This document shows, one piece after another, positions 19,773 through 30,516 of a DNA stretch of 64,000 nucleotides (the stretch's first letter is position 1; every line of letters starts with the position of its first letter). A model generated the notes under the pieces. It had not been told where the DNA came from. It made no database searches and saw only the letters and a program-made list of their open reading frames with translations. Origin of the DNA: Bacteriovoracaceae bacterium. Lineage in GTDB: Bacteria > Bdellovibrionota > Bacteriovoracia > Bacteriovoracales > Bacteriovoracaceae. The position numbers were made by a program, and so were the translations under genes. The stretch lies in contig JBFGZE010000002.1 in assembly GCA_041586955.1 (NCBI GenBank), forward strand, positions 43,451-107,450, read 5' to 3'.

Positions 19773-21218
19773 ATGAAGGGGCAGGATGCTTTGGTGCTGA
19801 TGCCAACAGGAAGTGGGAAATCACTTTGTTACCAGATCCCCGCCCTCGCCCGGGAGGGGATGGGGATTGTGATTAGTCCACTTATTAGTTTAATGGGAGA
19901 TCAAGTTCAAAAACTACATGGCCTTGGCGTGCGCGCCCATTTTCTTAATTCCTCCTTGAAAAAGAGTGACGAAGAAGAAATCACACAGGCAATACTGGAC
20001 GGAGAAGTCGGGCTCCTCTATATGTCCCCTGAAAGGTTTTGCAAACCAGCGATTTTATCCCTTCTTAAAAAAGTTAAAATTTCATTGATTGCTGTGGATG
20101 AGGTTCATTGCCTCTCTGTTTGGGGTCATGACTTTAGACCTGATTACCGTCATATGTGTCTGCATCTTAAAAATTTTGACCAGGTACCTAAAATGGCCCT
20201 CACGGCCACGGCAGGGCCTGAAACTCAGAGTGATATTATCAAGGCCTTGGGTTTAAAAAAGGCGCAGGTTTTCAAAACTCCTTTAAGTCGCCCTTATCTG
20301 CAATTAACAATGAGGGAGCGTCGCCTTAAAGATTATGATGATTTAATAAAGGAAGTAAGAGCGCGTAAGGATAAAGCTGGAATTATCTATGCCCAGACAC
20401 GCAAGGAATGTAATGCGATCTATCGCCTCCTTAAAAAGGAATTAAAAATACCCATGGGGATTTATCATGGGGGATTAGCAATGAAGTCGCGTGAGGCCGC
20501 CCAGGATAAGTTTATTAAGGGGAAATATTCTCTTATGGTGGCGACCTTGGCCTTTGGTATGGGAATTGATAAAAGAAATGTGCGGTTTGTTTTTCATTAT
20601 GGCATGCCTAAAAATTGTGAAAATTATTATCAGGAAACAGGACGGGCAGGCCGGGACCGCGAGGCCAGCGAGTGTATTCTTTGGTATCACGGCCGAGACA
20701 TTGTTATTCATAAATTATTAGCGAGAAAGGGGAGGGGCAAGCGCCATCCCCAATACGCCATGGAAGTTCGCAAAATCGAACGGATGGCAAGTTTGTGTCG
20801 TGGCCCCTTTTGCCGGGAACGGGTTATTATTAATTTACTGGGTGAGCATGGTGAGAATTGTGGCCAATGCGACAATTGCCTTTCTACCCCTGATATCATT
20901 CGGCAAACATTTGAAAACGATTTTATGGGGGTCTTACGCCTTCTTATCTATTTTAAGGGCAAGGTCGGTATTGATAAATTTATCAAAGTTCTCCAGGGGA
21001 TTATAGACCAGAATGCCCGCCAAAAAGGACTTTTTAATATCGAATATTTTGGAATTTGGAGTGACCATAAAAAAAATGAGGTCTATCATCGCTTTTATTT
21101 AATGGAGCAATTATCGCTCATTAAATTTGTTGATCGCAGTATTACACTCGGCCCCCAGGCCTTAGACTGGGTTCTTCATAATCAAAAAGAGAAGGCGCAA
21201 GCGCCCGCTCTCTTATAA
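19773..21218 (+). CDS. recQ: RecQ-family DNA helicase (no HRDC domain; coding region appears to extend upstream of this ATG)
   Basis: MPTGSGKSLCYQ, DEVHC...WGHDFRP, TATA, AFGMGIDK, QETGRAGRD, CGQCDNC. Confidence 0.93.
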   Translation: MKGQDALVLMPTGSGKSLCYQIPALAREGMGIVISPLISLMGDQVQKLHGLGVRAHFLNSSLKKSDEEEITQAILDGEVGLLYMSPERFCKPAILSLLKKVKISLIAVDEVHCLSVWGHDFRPDYRHMCLHLKNFDQVPKMALTATAGPETQSDIIKALGLKKAQVFKTPLSRPYLQLTMRERRLKDYDDLIKEVRARKDKAGIIYAQTRKECNAIYRLLKKELKIPMGIYHGGLAMKSREAAQDKFIKGKYSLMVATLAFGMGIDKRNVRFVFHYGMPKNCENYYQETGRAGRDREASECILWYHGRDIVIHKLLARKGRGKRHPQYAMEVRKIERMASLCRGPFCRERVIINLLGEHGENCGQCDNCLSTPDIIRQTFENDFMGVLRLLIYFKGKVGIDKFIKVLQGIIDQNARQKGLFNIEYFGIWSDHKKNEVYHRFYLMEQLSLIKFVDRSITLGPQALDWVLHNQKEKAQAPALL

Positions 21219-23132
21219 TTTTCCTTTTTCAGAGAAGAAGTTAAGTGGTTGTCTGACGTCCACAACACCGCCACCTTTAGGTCGTGGAAAATTGATTGAA
21301 CGTAAGACACGTGTCATGCAACCACTTCCTCGTTTGGAGAAACGTGACCTCTTGGTTTTTATACCAACTTTGGAGACCTTACCACTACCAAGAATTCTAA
21401 ACTTCAGATCGACGACACCTTTAACGGCTTCATTTATCTCTAGTTCTTGTTGGTAACAATGTTGGAATTGAGGAATATATTCGCGTAGGATACGGCGTAA
21501 GAGTTCAGGGTCCATAGAACCGAGAACAACCGTTTTGGCACTGGAAAAGGCGGTATTGATACCTTTTTTACCGGCCACACCTTTAAGTCCTGTCGATGAA
21601 TCGTAATTTCCAGAAAAATCCTGGCCTAAGGTACTGACATTACCCGAAACCTTTGACTTAAAATTCCCTTGAGCGCTATTACTGGCGGCGAAGCCTTTTG
21701 CTGAACCGGTTGTCGCTGAGCGCGTTTTCATATTGCTATTGGTTAAGCTTTTATTGGCCTTAAATAATGAGCTGTATTTATTATTTAACTTAAGCTTATA
21801 GGCCTTCACTTTAGGTGCTTTCGTCACCTTAGGTGCTGGCGCAGGTTTGGTTTGGGACTTTTTGGCCACCTGTTTCTTCTTTGTCACCTTTTGCGTTTTC
21901 TTTGGCGTCTTAGGAGTCTTTTTGGCCATTTTAGGTTGCTTTTTAGATTGGTTATTCTTTTTAATACCCTGATCTTTACTTTCTTTTTCCGCTACAGAGG
22001 ATGATTTTTTATCCGACGGTTTTTCCGTTTTTGTGGCCTTCTTTCGATAAATGACGGCGATCTTTTTCTCGGGTTCGGGTTTAGTGATATCTACAAAGAG
22101 TAGTAAAAGCATAAGGCCCATCACAATTCCAAAAACCTTACCGGCCTCTTTACGAAAGCGGTGGTCTGGTTGAAAGAAAGGACTGACCTTAAGATGGGGC
22201 GGGCAATCCACGGTTTTAATCATGATTTGCAAGGTGCCAACCTTATACATCCATAAATCATCTAGGCGATAAGTTGACTGGCTATTTCCTTGAAAAGGGC
22301 AGGTGCCATTATTACTAATATTTGAACATTCCAGACCTGGAATTTCAAAAAGAGTAACTCCCTCAGCTGAAACCTTAACAAAGGGTAAACGATCTTCAGA
22401 TTCGAGTGCTTCAAAAAGAAGAGTATTTCTTTTTTTGACTGTCGCTGAAAGGTGAGTGGTTTTATTTTTATTGAGGGGGATGTAATCTACTGAAAGAATT
22501 GTTCCCATAGAGATGACAGTGACTTCAATTGCTTTGCCATCGCTCGCTTTTATAATATCCTTAATTTCATCTTCTGGATTTTCAACGACATCAATGAATT
22601 CTTCAGTGTCAATGATATTTTCAAAGGCATGAATTGTACTAGAAGTGGTGTACCAAGATTCATCGAATTTAATATCGCAATATTCCCCATCAATGACGAC
22701 AAGACCGGGATGGGGGGGGAGTTCATCAGGTAACTCGGTGATATAATCCTCGGCAACCTTTTCAACTTTCCCTTTATCCTGATCGATAAATTGTAGGGGT
22801 TGATCGTAGGTGCTTTCTTCAATTGATAACTCAGTGGTACCAAAATGAATTTTATCACCACCGGAGAAATAAGACTGAGATGTTCTTTGACCATTAATAT
22901 AAACACCATTATCACTACCAAGATCGATAACTTTACCGCCTTCTTCATCCATAATGATGAAGGCATGGTAATGCGAAATATGAGGATTATCGATAACAAT
23001 ATCACAATGTTCGGCACGACCAACCAATAACTTTTTCTTATCGAGTAAGAATTGGTTTTTTAGCTCACCTTGATGGTAATGAACGAGGCGAAATATTGTT
23101 AACGCGTTCTTAGAAATAGCTAATGGTTTCAC
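21213..23132 (-). CDS. FHA + TM + Lys/Pro-rich linker + AgmX/PglI (TonB-C-like) domain protein, GltG-like
   Basis: FHA motif GRAEHCDI...SHYHA...DLGSDNG; one TM; C-terminal CYQQEL...FPRPKGGGVV. GTG start at 23132 is inferred. Confidence 0.8.
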   Translation of the reverse strand: MKPLAISKNALTIFRLVHYHQGELKNQFLLDKKKLLVGRAEHCDIVIDNPHISHYHAFIIMDEEGGKVIDLGSDNGVYINGQRTSQSYFSGGDKIHFGTTELSIEESTYDQPLQFIDQDKGKVEKVAEDYITELPDELPPHPGLVVIDGEYCDIKFDESWYTTSSTIHAFENIIDTEEFIDVVENPEDEIKDIIKASDGKAIEVTVISMGTILSVDYIPLNKNKTTHLSATVKKRNTLLFEALESEDRLPFVKVSAEGVTLFEIPGLECSNISNNGTCPFQGNSQSTYRLDDLWMYKVGTLQIMIKTVDCPPHLKVSPFFQPDHRFRKEAGKVFGIVMGLMLLLLFVDITKPEPEKKIAVIYRKKATKTEKPSDKKSSSVAEKESKDQGIKKNNQSKKQPKMAKKTPKTPKKTQKVTKKKQVAKKSQTKPAPAPKVTKAPKVKAYKLKLNNKYSSLFKANKSLTNSNMKTRSATTGSAKGFAASNSAQGNFKSKVSGNVSTLGQDFSGNYDSSTGLKGVAGKKGINTAFSSAKTVVLGSMDPELLRRILREYIPQFQHCYQQELEINEAVKGVVDLKFRILGSGKVSKVGIKTKRSRFSKRGSGCMTRVLRSINFPRPKGGGVVDVRQPLNFFSEKGKL

Positions 23133-23148
23133 GACCAATACTCTCTCA

Positions 23149-24027
23149 TTAACTACCTTTAACCTTCTTGTTAGATGGTGTCCGGTATTTTTTGCGAGTC
23201 TCAATTTCCTTCATACGTTCAACAATTAGACCCATTAGGTGTTTACTTGGTACTCTTAAGGACATAATAAAAGTATTATTTTGATCCTTTAATATACTTT
23301 TCGCATTATTTAATTTTCCTAGATGGAATAAAACGAGAGCATAATGATAAGCGATATCTTCACGCTTTTGACCCCGTACATCTATTTTATTAAAATACTT
23401 TTCTGCCAGTGTAAGATTATTTTCAAATAAGGCGATTGTTCCTAGACTGGCGAGAATATCGGGGTCTTTTTGATCGACGTTTAAGATATTTTCAAGGTAC
23501 TGCTTCGCGCTTCTTAAAAGGCCAAATTTAATCTGCAACTGGGCGAGATTGAATTTTGGAGTGAGGGCGGATGGATTGTGGGTGATTGCTTGCTTAAAGG
23601 ATTTTTTCGCTTCAACATAATTTCGCAACTTCATATGGACGAGCCCCATATTATTAGAAATCATTGCCTTCGTTTGACCGCCTGAGGGTCTGGTTAATGC
23701 CATTTGGTAAAAATAAATGGCCTTTGGAAGGCGATGACCTAAATAATAGCAAGTTCCAAGCGCATTCCAATAGGAGGCCATCGTTTCATTGCCATTTAAA
23801 GATCTTTTAAGGATAACTAGGCCCTTGGGAACCTGTCCCCCGTGGCATTTTGCCAAGGCCTTTTCAACCTTGTTTTTGCTCTTTGCGAGTATTGCCAATT
23901 TTTGGTTATTCCAACGTAAATAACTCTCGCTTTTAAGAGCATCGGCAACTATACCTTCACGGCGCTTAATTTGATAACTACCACAGCTCGTTAATAATAA
24001 TAGTAGGACAATGGAGAAATTTCTCAT
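23149..24027 (-). CDS. TPR lipoprotein, GltE-like
   Basis: Lipobox LTSC; TPRs (YWNALGTCY, NNMGLVH, FNLAQL); operon context. Confidence 0.75.
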   Translation of the reverse strand: MRNFSIVLLLLLTSCGSYQIKRREGIVADALKSESYLRWNNQKLAILAKSKNKVEKALAKCHGGQVPKGLVILKRSLNGNETMASYWNALGTCYYLGHRLPKAIYFYQMALTRPSGGQTKAMISNNMGLVHMKLRNYVEAKKSFKQAITHNPSALTPKFNLAQLQIKFGLLRSAKQYLENILNVDQKDPDILASLGTIALFENNLTLAEKYFNKIDVRGQKREDIAYHYALVLFHLGKLNNAKSILKDQNNTFIMSLRVPSKHLMGLIVERMKEIETRKKYRTPSNKKVKGS

Positions 24028-26966
24028 CGTCGTTCTCCTCGTTGATCCATTGTTATGACCAACTTTTTAGCGGGGTATCGATAGTAGCTGCTGTTAACGT
24101 TCTGACGAGTTTTAAGAAAATGATTATTATATATACTCAAAATTTCGTTTTTATCGAGAATGGAAAATGCGGTTTGATGGTATTTATTGACTTGTCCTTT
24201 AAAGTTTTGAGTGAGGCCATTCATTTGGGTTTTGAACGCCACCACATACTCTTTAGGCATTCCCTTAGGAGTAAGGCCATCAATTGCGCTGATTACTTTA
24301 TTATAGGCCGTAATCAGGTGATGATAGGTGCCAACTACAATATTAGGTTCACCACTCTTGATCAATATCTCAGCACGGGAGGTGAATGTTTGAGTATTGG
24401 AAAGAATACGCTCTAACTCGGTATTAAATCTTTTTTCATCAAATTTTGGGCCTGAGGTAAGGGAAGGCGCAAATTGAGTAACATCATGTTTAGAGAAGTT
24501 CTCAAAGTCTAAAATACTGGACATCATAGGGATGCCTTTATTCTTAGAACGCAGTTTTGAAAAAATATTAGTGACTGTCTTTTTTAACCCTTCCTTTTGC
24601 TCCATCACTGTATCCCAATAAATAGCGACCAGGTCAGTGTTAAGCTTATCTCTAAGCTTTGGGTTTTCCTTATTTTGAATAAAGAAGTCAAAATAATCAG
24701 GATATTTCTTATTGACCATAAAATGGGCCATCATTTGCTTGGCAAGGGTTGTCTGAGTTTCTTTTTTGATTTTGCATTGGTTGGCCGTTTGAAGGAGACG
24801 GTTGGCCTCCTTAAAGTTGTTTTCAACTAAATTAATATGAATGGAATGTTGAAAAAACTCCGTCTTTAATTTGAAATCCTTTTGACAAAATTTAGTATAA
24901 AGAGTGGTCGTCAAAAGGGATGATACTTTAAAGTTTTGCAACTGCACCATTCGTTGAGAAATCGTCCAATATTTAGGCATTAATTTAAGGATTTCCTTCT
25001 CCTCAAAATGATGAAGAGATCTGGCCATCCACTGATAAGACAATTTTGTCAGTTTTTGTTCGAGATAAAGGGTACCTATATTATAGGCGGATTGGGCCTT
25101 TACCTTTGCCGGATATTTTGGATGTTTATAAAGCTTAGCATAGCCAGCAATAGCTTCTTTTTTCTTTCCTTGGCTATCAAGCTTTTGATATTCATTAAAA
25201 AGTAGACTGACCAAAACGAGGGTAGCTTTTTCAATATAATCTTTGTCAAAGTTAAGAAAGCCGCTATCTAGCTTGGCAATCCAAGCAGCGAGTTTTGTAA
25301 TATTCTTACTCTTAATATAATTATCAATGACACCAATGAGCATACCGCGCTGGATCTTTTGGTCCTTGGGGTAATTGGCAATATATTTATTAAGAACCTT
25401 TAAAGAATTTTTAACTTTTGTTTTCTTGACATAAATATTAAATAACTTGCGGTAAATGACTTGCGAACGGGGATCTTTTGGCCATAGGTTTAAGTGGGTT
25501 GAATAGCTATAGGTTGTGTAGTAATAGCGCTCTTTTGGGCCCAATTGCTGAATAGCTTCCAAGGAAGCGAGAAGTGCATCCATCGTTTGACGCGCTAGCG
25601 CCAGTTGCTTAAGTTCTTTCCCTTTAACTTCAATAATTGGTTTTTTCTTTAATTTAAGAACTCTTTTCGTAATTTCCATTGAGGTTTTATATTTAGGTAG
25701 GGCATCCTTGAAACGCTTTAAAGAGTAATAGGTTTCCCCTTGGTAAAAGCGATAAAGGTTTTCTCTAGGCCTATCAATTGAAGAGAGTATGTCAAAATAA
25801 CTGATAATTCTATTAAGTCTCTCCTCGGAATAGGTCGCTTCAAACTTATTCACATCCTTTGAGATTTGAACTTGGAGAAATCCGACCATATCTTTCATTT
25901 TTTCAGTGGCCTCAAAAAGCTTCTCTTTATCGAGCTTGGAATTTTGAGAAAGCGTGAGAATGTCCTGTGATGTTGTAAAGTGGTATTCGTAATATTTCAT
26001 ATTGCGATAGATCTCTAATTTCGCTAAATGAACATCTAATTGATTATTTGGTTTTTTATGTTTTTTTGCATTTTGAAGTGCTTCGCCGAGAATAAATTGG
26101 GCCTTTTTAATCTTCCCCTTATCGGCGGTTTTTTTTGCCATTTTGATGAGATACTCAGTAGGGATATTGACATGTTTTAAATAAAAATTTACCCCTTCAT
26201 CAAATCGATCTGCTAAAACGTAAAAAAATCCTATGGCATTAAGGACCTGGTCTTTAACATCAATATATTTTTTTTGATGACTTAATTTAAACGCTGTTCG
26301 CATTGCCCCGATGGCCTTATCTACTTCTTTTGTCTTGAGGTAGCACCAGGACATATTGAGATAATGTTTAGATAACCATTCATCTCTTGTTCTTTTGACG
26401 ATATCTTCGTAATAACCAATGGCCTGCTGGTATTTTTTGTCATTATAATAATGCTCGGCCAATGCTGTTTTAATAAAATGAACAATTTTATCGTAAGGGC
26501 CTGTATGAGAGAGCGCTCTTTTTAAATAATGTTCGGTGCGATTATCCATTCCGTAGTCACGGGAATTGAGCGCCAAGGTATAAAAAATATCGGCATTATA
26601 GCGAAAACGAGGGAATTTTTTGACGATGGTGAGAGCATCTCGTTTTGTTTTTTGGTAAAGAGATAACGTCTCCTTAAAGTACTGCCGCTTGGGGCCAGTG
26701 ACCTTGCCCTTTGCTGCGAGTTCAATGAATTTGATATTCTCTTTTTCACGAATAAGTTTAAGCTTTTCCGACTGCAATTCCACCAAGCGGTAACGCAGTT
26801 TAGGGCCCAGATCTTTCATTTTGCGTATTGTCTTTATTTCTTTTTCAATCATCTTATAAAGTTTTGACCATTTTGCTTTCGCAGCGTTATTCTTCTTTGC
26901 GGCCAAGGTTTGGCCACAAAGAAAAAGCGAAATTAAAATAGTTAAAACTTTAAAAAAATTCATCAA
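24024..26966 (-). CDS. Large periplasmic TPR protein, GltD/AgmU-like
   Basis: Signal peptide, 980 aa helical with TPRs (ALAEHYY, WCYLK, GETYY); operon context. Confidence 0.72.
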   Translation of the reverse strand: MMNFFKVLTILISLFLCGQTLAAKKNNAAKAKWSKLYKMIEKEIKTIRKMKDLGPKLRYRLVELQSEKLKLIREKENIKFIELAAKGKVTGPKRQYFKETLSLYQKTKRDALTIVKKFPRFRYNADIFYTLALNSRDYGMDNRTEHYLKRALSHTGPYDKIVHFIKTALAEHYYNDKKYQQAIGYYEDIVKRTRDEWLSKHYLNMSWCYLKTKEVDKAIGAMRTAFKLSHQKKYIDVKDQVLNAIGFFYVLADRFDEGVNFYLKHVNIPTEYLIKMAKKTADKGKIKKAQFILGEALQNAKKHKKPNNQLDVHLAKLEIYRNMKYYEYHFTTSQDILTLSQNSKLDKEKLFEATEKMKDMVGFLQVQISKDVNKFEATYSEERLNRIISYFDILSSIDRPRENLYRFYQGETYYSLKRFKDALPKYKTSMEITKRVLKLKKKPIIEVKGKELKQLALARQTMDALLASLEAIQQLGPKERYYYTTYSYSTHLNLWPKDPRSQVIYRKLFNIYVKKTKVKNSLKVLNKYIANYPKDQKIQRGMLIGVIDNYIKSKNITKLAAWIAKLDSGFLNFDKDYIEKATLVLVSLLFNEYQKLDSQGKKKEAIAGYAKLYKHPKYPAKVKAQSAYNIGTLYLEQKLTKLSYQWMARSLHHFEEKEILKLMPKYWTISQRMVQLQNFKVSSLLTTTLYTKFCQKDFKLKTEFFQHSIHINLVENNFKEANRLLQTANQCKIKKETQTTLAKQMMAHFMVNKKYPDYFDFFIQNKENPKLRDKLNTDLVAIYWDTVMEQKEGLKKTVTNIFSKLRSKNKGIPMMSSILDFENFSKHDVTQFAPSLTSGPKFDEKRFNTELERILSNTQTFTSRAEILIKSGEPNIVVGTYHHLITAYNKVISAIDGLTPKGMPKEYVVAFKTQMNGLTQNFKGQVNKYHQTAFSILDKNEILSIYNNHFLKTRQNVNSSYYRYPAKKLVITMDQRGERR

Positions 26967-27466
26967 TGATTTCCCTGCACAATAAACTTAAACTGTGGAA
27001 AACCTGCAATGGCCGCAGTATGCATTACTTTTTGCATAACTTCGTAAGGCAAGTTTTGATCTATAACGAGGTTAACGTTTTTATTATAGAGCTCCTTAAT
27101 CTTGCCATCCGCTGAAGGTTTTCGATTAATTGCACCCTTCTTTTTCTCTTCTTCTTTATAGGAAATGAGGCCATCATATAGTGATTCAATTTTTTCGCCT
27201 CCGCCACTCATGACACCTATCGGCTTGTTATTGATAAAAATTTTGCGATTTTTGTTCACTTGGACAATAATGGCGTGATTTCCAAGGGTTTCAGACTTAG
27301 AATTGGGTAAATCTAGGCCTTTTACCACATCGACAGTCAAATCTGAGGCATTATAGCTTTTGAGAAGAAAAACCAACAAAATGACGAGGATATCAAGTAA
27401 TGACGTGATATCTATCTCCATTGGTTCACTCTTTTTACGAATAGATTTAAATTTTTTTTGTCTCAT
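26963..27466 (-). CDS. ExbD/TolR-family protein (AglS-like)
   Basis: DITSLLDILVILLVFLLKSY; DQNLPYEVMQKVMHT. Confidence 0.88.
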   Translation of the reverse strand: MRQKKFKSIRKKSEPMEIDITSLLDILVILLVFLLKSYNASDLTVDVVKGLDLPNSKSETLGNHAIIVQVNKNRKIFINNKPIGVMSGGGEKIESLYDGLISYKEEEKKKGAINRKPSADGKIKELYNKNVNLVIDQNLPYEVMQKVMHTAAIAGFPQFKFIVQGNH

Positions 27467-27475
27467 ATCTCACTC

Positions 27476-27994
27476 CTAAATGAGTGTTTCAAAAATAATT
27501 TGGTTAAAGAGAGTTCGGGTTTGAATCGTTTCACCTTTGTCATTTTTAGCGACAATCATCGCTTCTTCGCGGTTTATTTCTTTAACGGCGTCCATAACTT
27601 TCACAATTTTTTTATATTTGATTCCTGATTTTGGCCTAATAATGACCGAAGACTCACTGACATGTTTTTCTTTTAAACCACGTAATGCTGATTTGATGGC
27701 CGTATAATTATATTCACCTTCTTTATTGAGGTTAATATTTTTATAAACTTTTCCATCAAGACCGGTGCGAATGAGGATTTGGTCTAATTGAACTTCTACC
27801 ACTAAATTGAGAGGATCTTTTTTAGGTGGTTTATCATCACTGACCAATTTTACAGCGGGGGCATCGGACCCTATCTCATGGATATTTAAGAACTGGGCCG
27901 ACATCAATAAGAAAAAAATGAAGATAAAGACCGCATCCAAAATAGGAATAATATTCGGCCTACATACAACTTTTTTCTTTTTAAAGCTTCTCAT
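27476..27994 (-). CDS. ExbD/TolR-family protein (AglQ-like)
   Basis: PNIIPILDAVFIFIFFLL; YKKIVKVMDA. Confidence 0.88.
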   Translation of the reverse strand: MRSFKKKKVVCRPNIIPILDAVFIFIFFLLMSAQFLNIHEIGSDAPAVKLVSDDKPPKKDPLNLVVEVQLDQILIRTGLDGKVYKNINLNKEGEYNYTAIKSALRGLKEKHVSESSVIIRPKSGIKYKKIVKVMDAVKEINREEAMIVAKNDKGETIQTRTLFNQIIFETLI

Positions 27995-28041
27995 GATTTC
28001 CTCACACGTCTCATTTTTTTCAAAAACTGCTTATATTAATC

Positions 28042-28734
28042 TTAAGCGGCATCTGATTTAGTTTGTGGAACAGCAGGTTTTTTTGTTCCTAATAAGTCAA
28101 TCAACTTCACTGCAAATGCTTCGACATCGCCCATGATTTTATCTGACTTACTGGTGAGAATGGCGTGAATAACCATAATACTAATAGCTGAAATGAGGCC
28201 AAGTGCAGTGGTGTTCATCGCCTTTGAAATACCAAGGGCAAGAAGTTTTGCCTTACTCGCGGGGTCGGCCGTAGCGACAGCGGCAAATGATTGAATAAGG
28301 CCGTATATTGTTCCTAGTAATCCAATTAAGGTAGAGACATTGGCAATAAGCCCTAAATAGCCCATACGCTTTTCTACTTTTGGAACGACTTCAAGCATGG
28401 AGGCCTCAACGGCATCTTGTATTTGTTCTTTGGTTTGGTTGGCCCTTTTTAATCCCGATTTCATGACCATGGGGAGTAACGCTTTACTATCTGAGCAGGT
28501 CTGAATGGCGGTTTGCACATCATTTTTTAGAACATGCTTTTTAATATTAGACATTAGGCTAGTGCCGTCCACGTCATAAGAAAACAGAGTTTTAAAACGC
28601 TCTAAGGCGATTGCTAGGCCCATGGCCCAGATAGCGAGTATGATCCACATAAAGATCCCACCCTCGTCCATAAAAATGGCCATCGATTGAATAAATGACG
28701 TGTCTTGTGCAACTTGTGCGATTTCGTTTTCCAT
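28042..28734 (-). CDS. MotA/TolQ/ExbB-family protein (AglR-like)
   Basis: GGIFMW, STLIGLLGTIYGLI, GISKAMNTTALGL. Confidence 0.92.
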   Translation of the reverse strand: MENEIAQVAQDTSFIQSMAIFMDEGGIFMWIILAIWAMGLAIALERFKTLFSYDVDGTSLMSNIKKHVLKNDVQTAIQTCSDSKALLPMVMKSGLKRANQTKEQIQDAVEASMLEVVPKVEKRMGYLGLIANVSTLIGLLGTIYGLIQSFAAVATADPASKAKLLALGISKAMNTTALGLISAISIMVIHAILTSKSDKIMGDVEAFAVKLIDLLGTKKPAVPQTKSDAA

Positions 28735-28772
28735 ATCTGTCTCCTCTCAAATAATAGAAATAATTTGAATAA

Positions 28773-28801
28773 CGTGTCGGAAAAGGAAGATTAAACCTTG
28801 A
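28773..28801 (-). promoter_or_regulatory. Candidate sigma-28 (FliA)-like promoter upstream of the AglR-like gene
   Basis: Minus strand TCAAG-N15-TCCGACAC. Confidence 0.4.
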
Positions 28802-28805
28802 GAAA

Positions 28806-29066
28806 TTACCTCAGTGTTTTAATATCTCTCTTAACCTCCGAGTTAAAATCGTCTCGGTCTAATAGGTTACGATTAAATCTTTTTCGCTCACGTTCCATAA
28901 CAGATAAATCGCCGGGGGCTATAATATTACCTTTAATCTCTAAGTTTCCGAGATCAAAGGACTCATGCTTTTTATATTTAAAAACGACATTTTTTTTATC
29001 TTGGGCATTAATTCCACTTGATACGAATAGGGTCATTAAAATAAGTTTTATTAATAAGTTTTTCAT
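28806..29066 (-). CDS. Small exported protein, GltF/CglF-like
   Basis: Signal peptide; YKKHESFDLGNLEIKG...P...R..F...R.DF pattern typical of GltF. Confidence 0.7.
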   Translation of the reverse strand: MKNLLIKLILMTLFVSSGINAQDKKNVVFKYKKHESFDLGNLEIKGNIIAPGDLSVMERERKRFNRNLLDRDDFNSEVKRDIKTLR

Positions 29067-29074
29067 TATGTTCC

Positions 29075-30505
29075 TTATTTTTTGTCGGTCTTAACTTCTT
29101 GGCAATTGGATTTTAGCCCAAAGGAGAAGTCTCCTAGCTCATCCGCCCAAAATTCGCCATTATACATATAAAAATGCTGGTCGATTGTGCGATTGACGTT
29201 ACTGATATCACCACGACTGCGATCTGAAACTAATTCCTTATTTCTATAAATGAGATCCCTTTTATTAGACATGATCTCTAGTTTGATATTAAACATTTCA
29301 TAACTATTCTTATGGATATCATTTATAAAAGAAAACATTTGTTTTTTTACATAATGATTTAAATGTTTAGTCCGCCAGTTCAATGTTTCTCTAATTGATG
29401 CCGCTAAATATTTAACTAGTGGCGTTTTCTTTCTCTTTTTTAAAAATTTATATTCATTTTTTAGTTTCTTATAATTCACAAGATCTAAATTAAATTTGAT
29501 TTGCTTGCGTATTTGTGTGATTAAGTTACGAATAAATGGGTTTGCTTTTTCGTTTTGGTCGATAGGAGTTAGCATCAGTTTCAGAAAATAAGTATGCGAG
29601 TCCTTATGTTTTAAAAGAATATTTTTTAAATGCTTACTACGGTTTTTATAAACCCCGTAATAATTATTCACCACCTTTAAGGTATCTTGATAAAGACACA
29701 TTTTAAAATAAGAAAGAGCGGAGAGTACTTCTCCTTCCGGCATGAAATAACTTGATAGAAGTGGTGACTTGTAGGTAACTAGTACTCCTAGAGCACGGTT
29801 ATAGTCTCTCATATAATAATAGGCCCATGCCTTTTCAAGGAGAATATATGGCCAGCGATAGCTCGTTTTTGGTATTTCTTCATAATGGTGAACAGATTTT
29901 TTATATTTTCTAATCTTAAAATACATACGAGCTATGTGGATATAGCAGGACTCTTTTATAATCGTGTAATAACGTTTTAACTTGACGTTGTTGGCCTTGT
30001 TTTCGAAATGCTTGGCCGATTTAATACAAGACTTATAAGCTTTGATAGCGTTTTTATCTTTGTTAATAATATTAAGACTGGCCCCTAAAATCATGAGAGA
30101 TTCTGGTGAGAAACGATGCCTTTTACCTGGTTTTCTTAAAGCGTGTGCTGCTTCTTTATATCGTCCGTCATTAAAATATTTAAGTCCTAAAATAAAGTTT
30201 AAGGCCTTTGAGTGACGTCCTTTTAATATATTTTCATCGAGACCTGTAAAGCTTAAAGTACCCGTTTTTAAAATTAAGGTCACGAGGCGCTTTTCCATAT
30301 TTTTATTAATAGGTTTACCTGAAATAATTACTTTTTTTGCAAACTCAGCTGCTGAGAAATAATATTTTGAACGCATAAGCTCATACATGATTTTGTCAGC
30401 ATTTTTTTCACTGTTAGCTTTAAAGTATTTATTGGCCTTTGCTAACGAGGCATAACTTATTGGCGTGAGTAGAAAAGTAAATAGCAATATCATCAATTTG
30501 TTCAT
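29075..30505 (-). CDS. TPR protein, GltC-like
   Basis: Signal peptide; LLEKAWAYY, ALGVLVT, C-terminal GEFWADELG motif. Confidence 0.78.
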   Translation of the reverse strand: MNKLMILLFTFLLTPISYASLAKANKYFKANSEKNADKIMYELMRSKYYFSAAEFAKKVIISGKPINKNMEKRLVTLILKTGTLSFTGLDENILKGRHSKALNFILGLKYFNDGRYKEAAHALRKPGKRHRFSPESLMILGASLNIINKDKNAIKAYKSCIKSAKHFENKANNVKLKRYYTIIKESCYIHIARMYFKIRKYKKSVHHYEEIPKTSYRWPYILLEKAWAYYYMRDYNRALGVLVTYKSPLLSSYFMPEGEVLSALSYFKMCLYQDTLKVVNNYYGVYKNRSKHLKNILLKHKDSHTYFLKLMLTPIDQNEKANPFIRNLITQIRKQIKFNLDLVNYKKLKNEYKFLKKRKKTPLVKYLAASIRETLNWRTKHLNHYVKKQMFSFINDIHKNSYEMFNIKLEIMSNKRDLIYRNKELVSDRSRGDISNVNRTIDQHFYMYNGEFWADELGDFSFGLKSNCQEVKTDKK

Positions 30506-30516
30506 ATATTGTGCCT

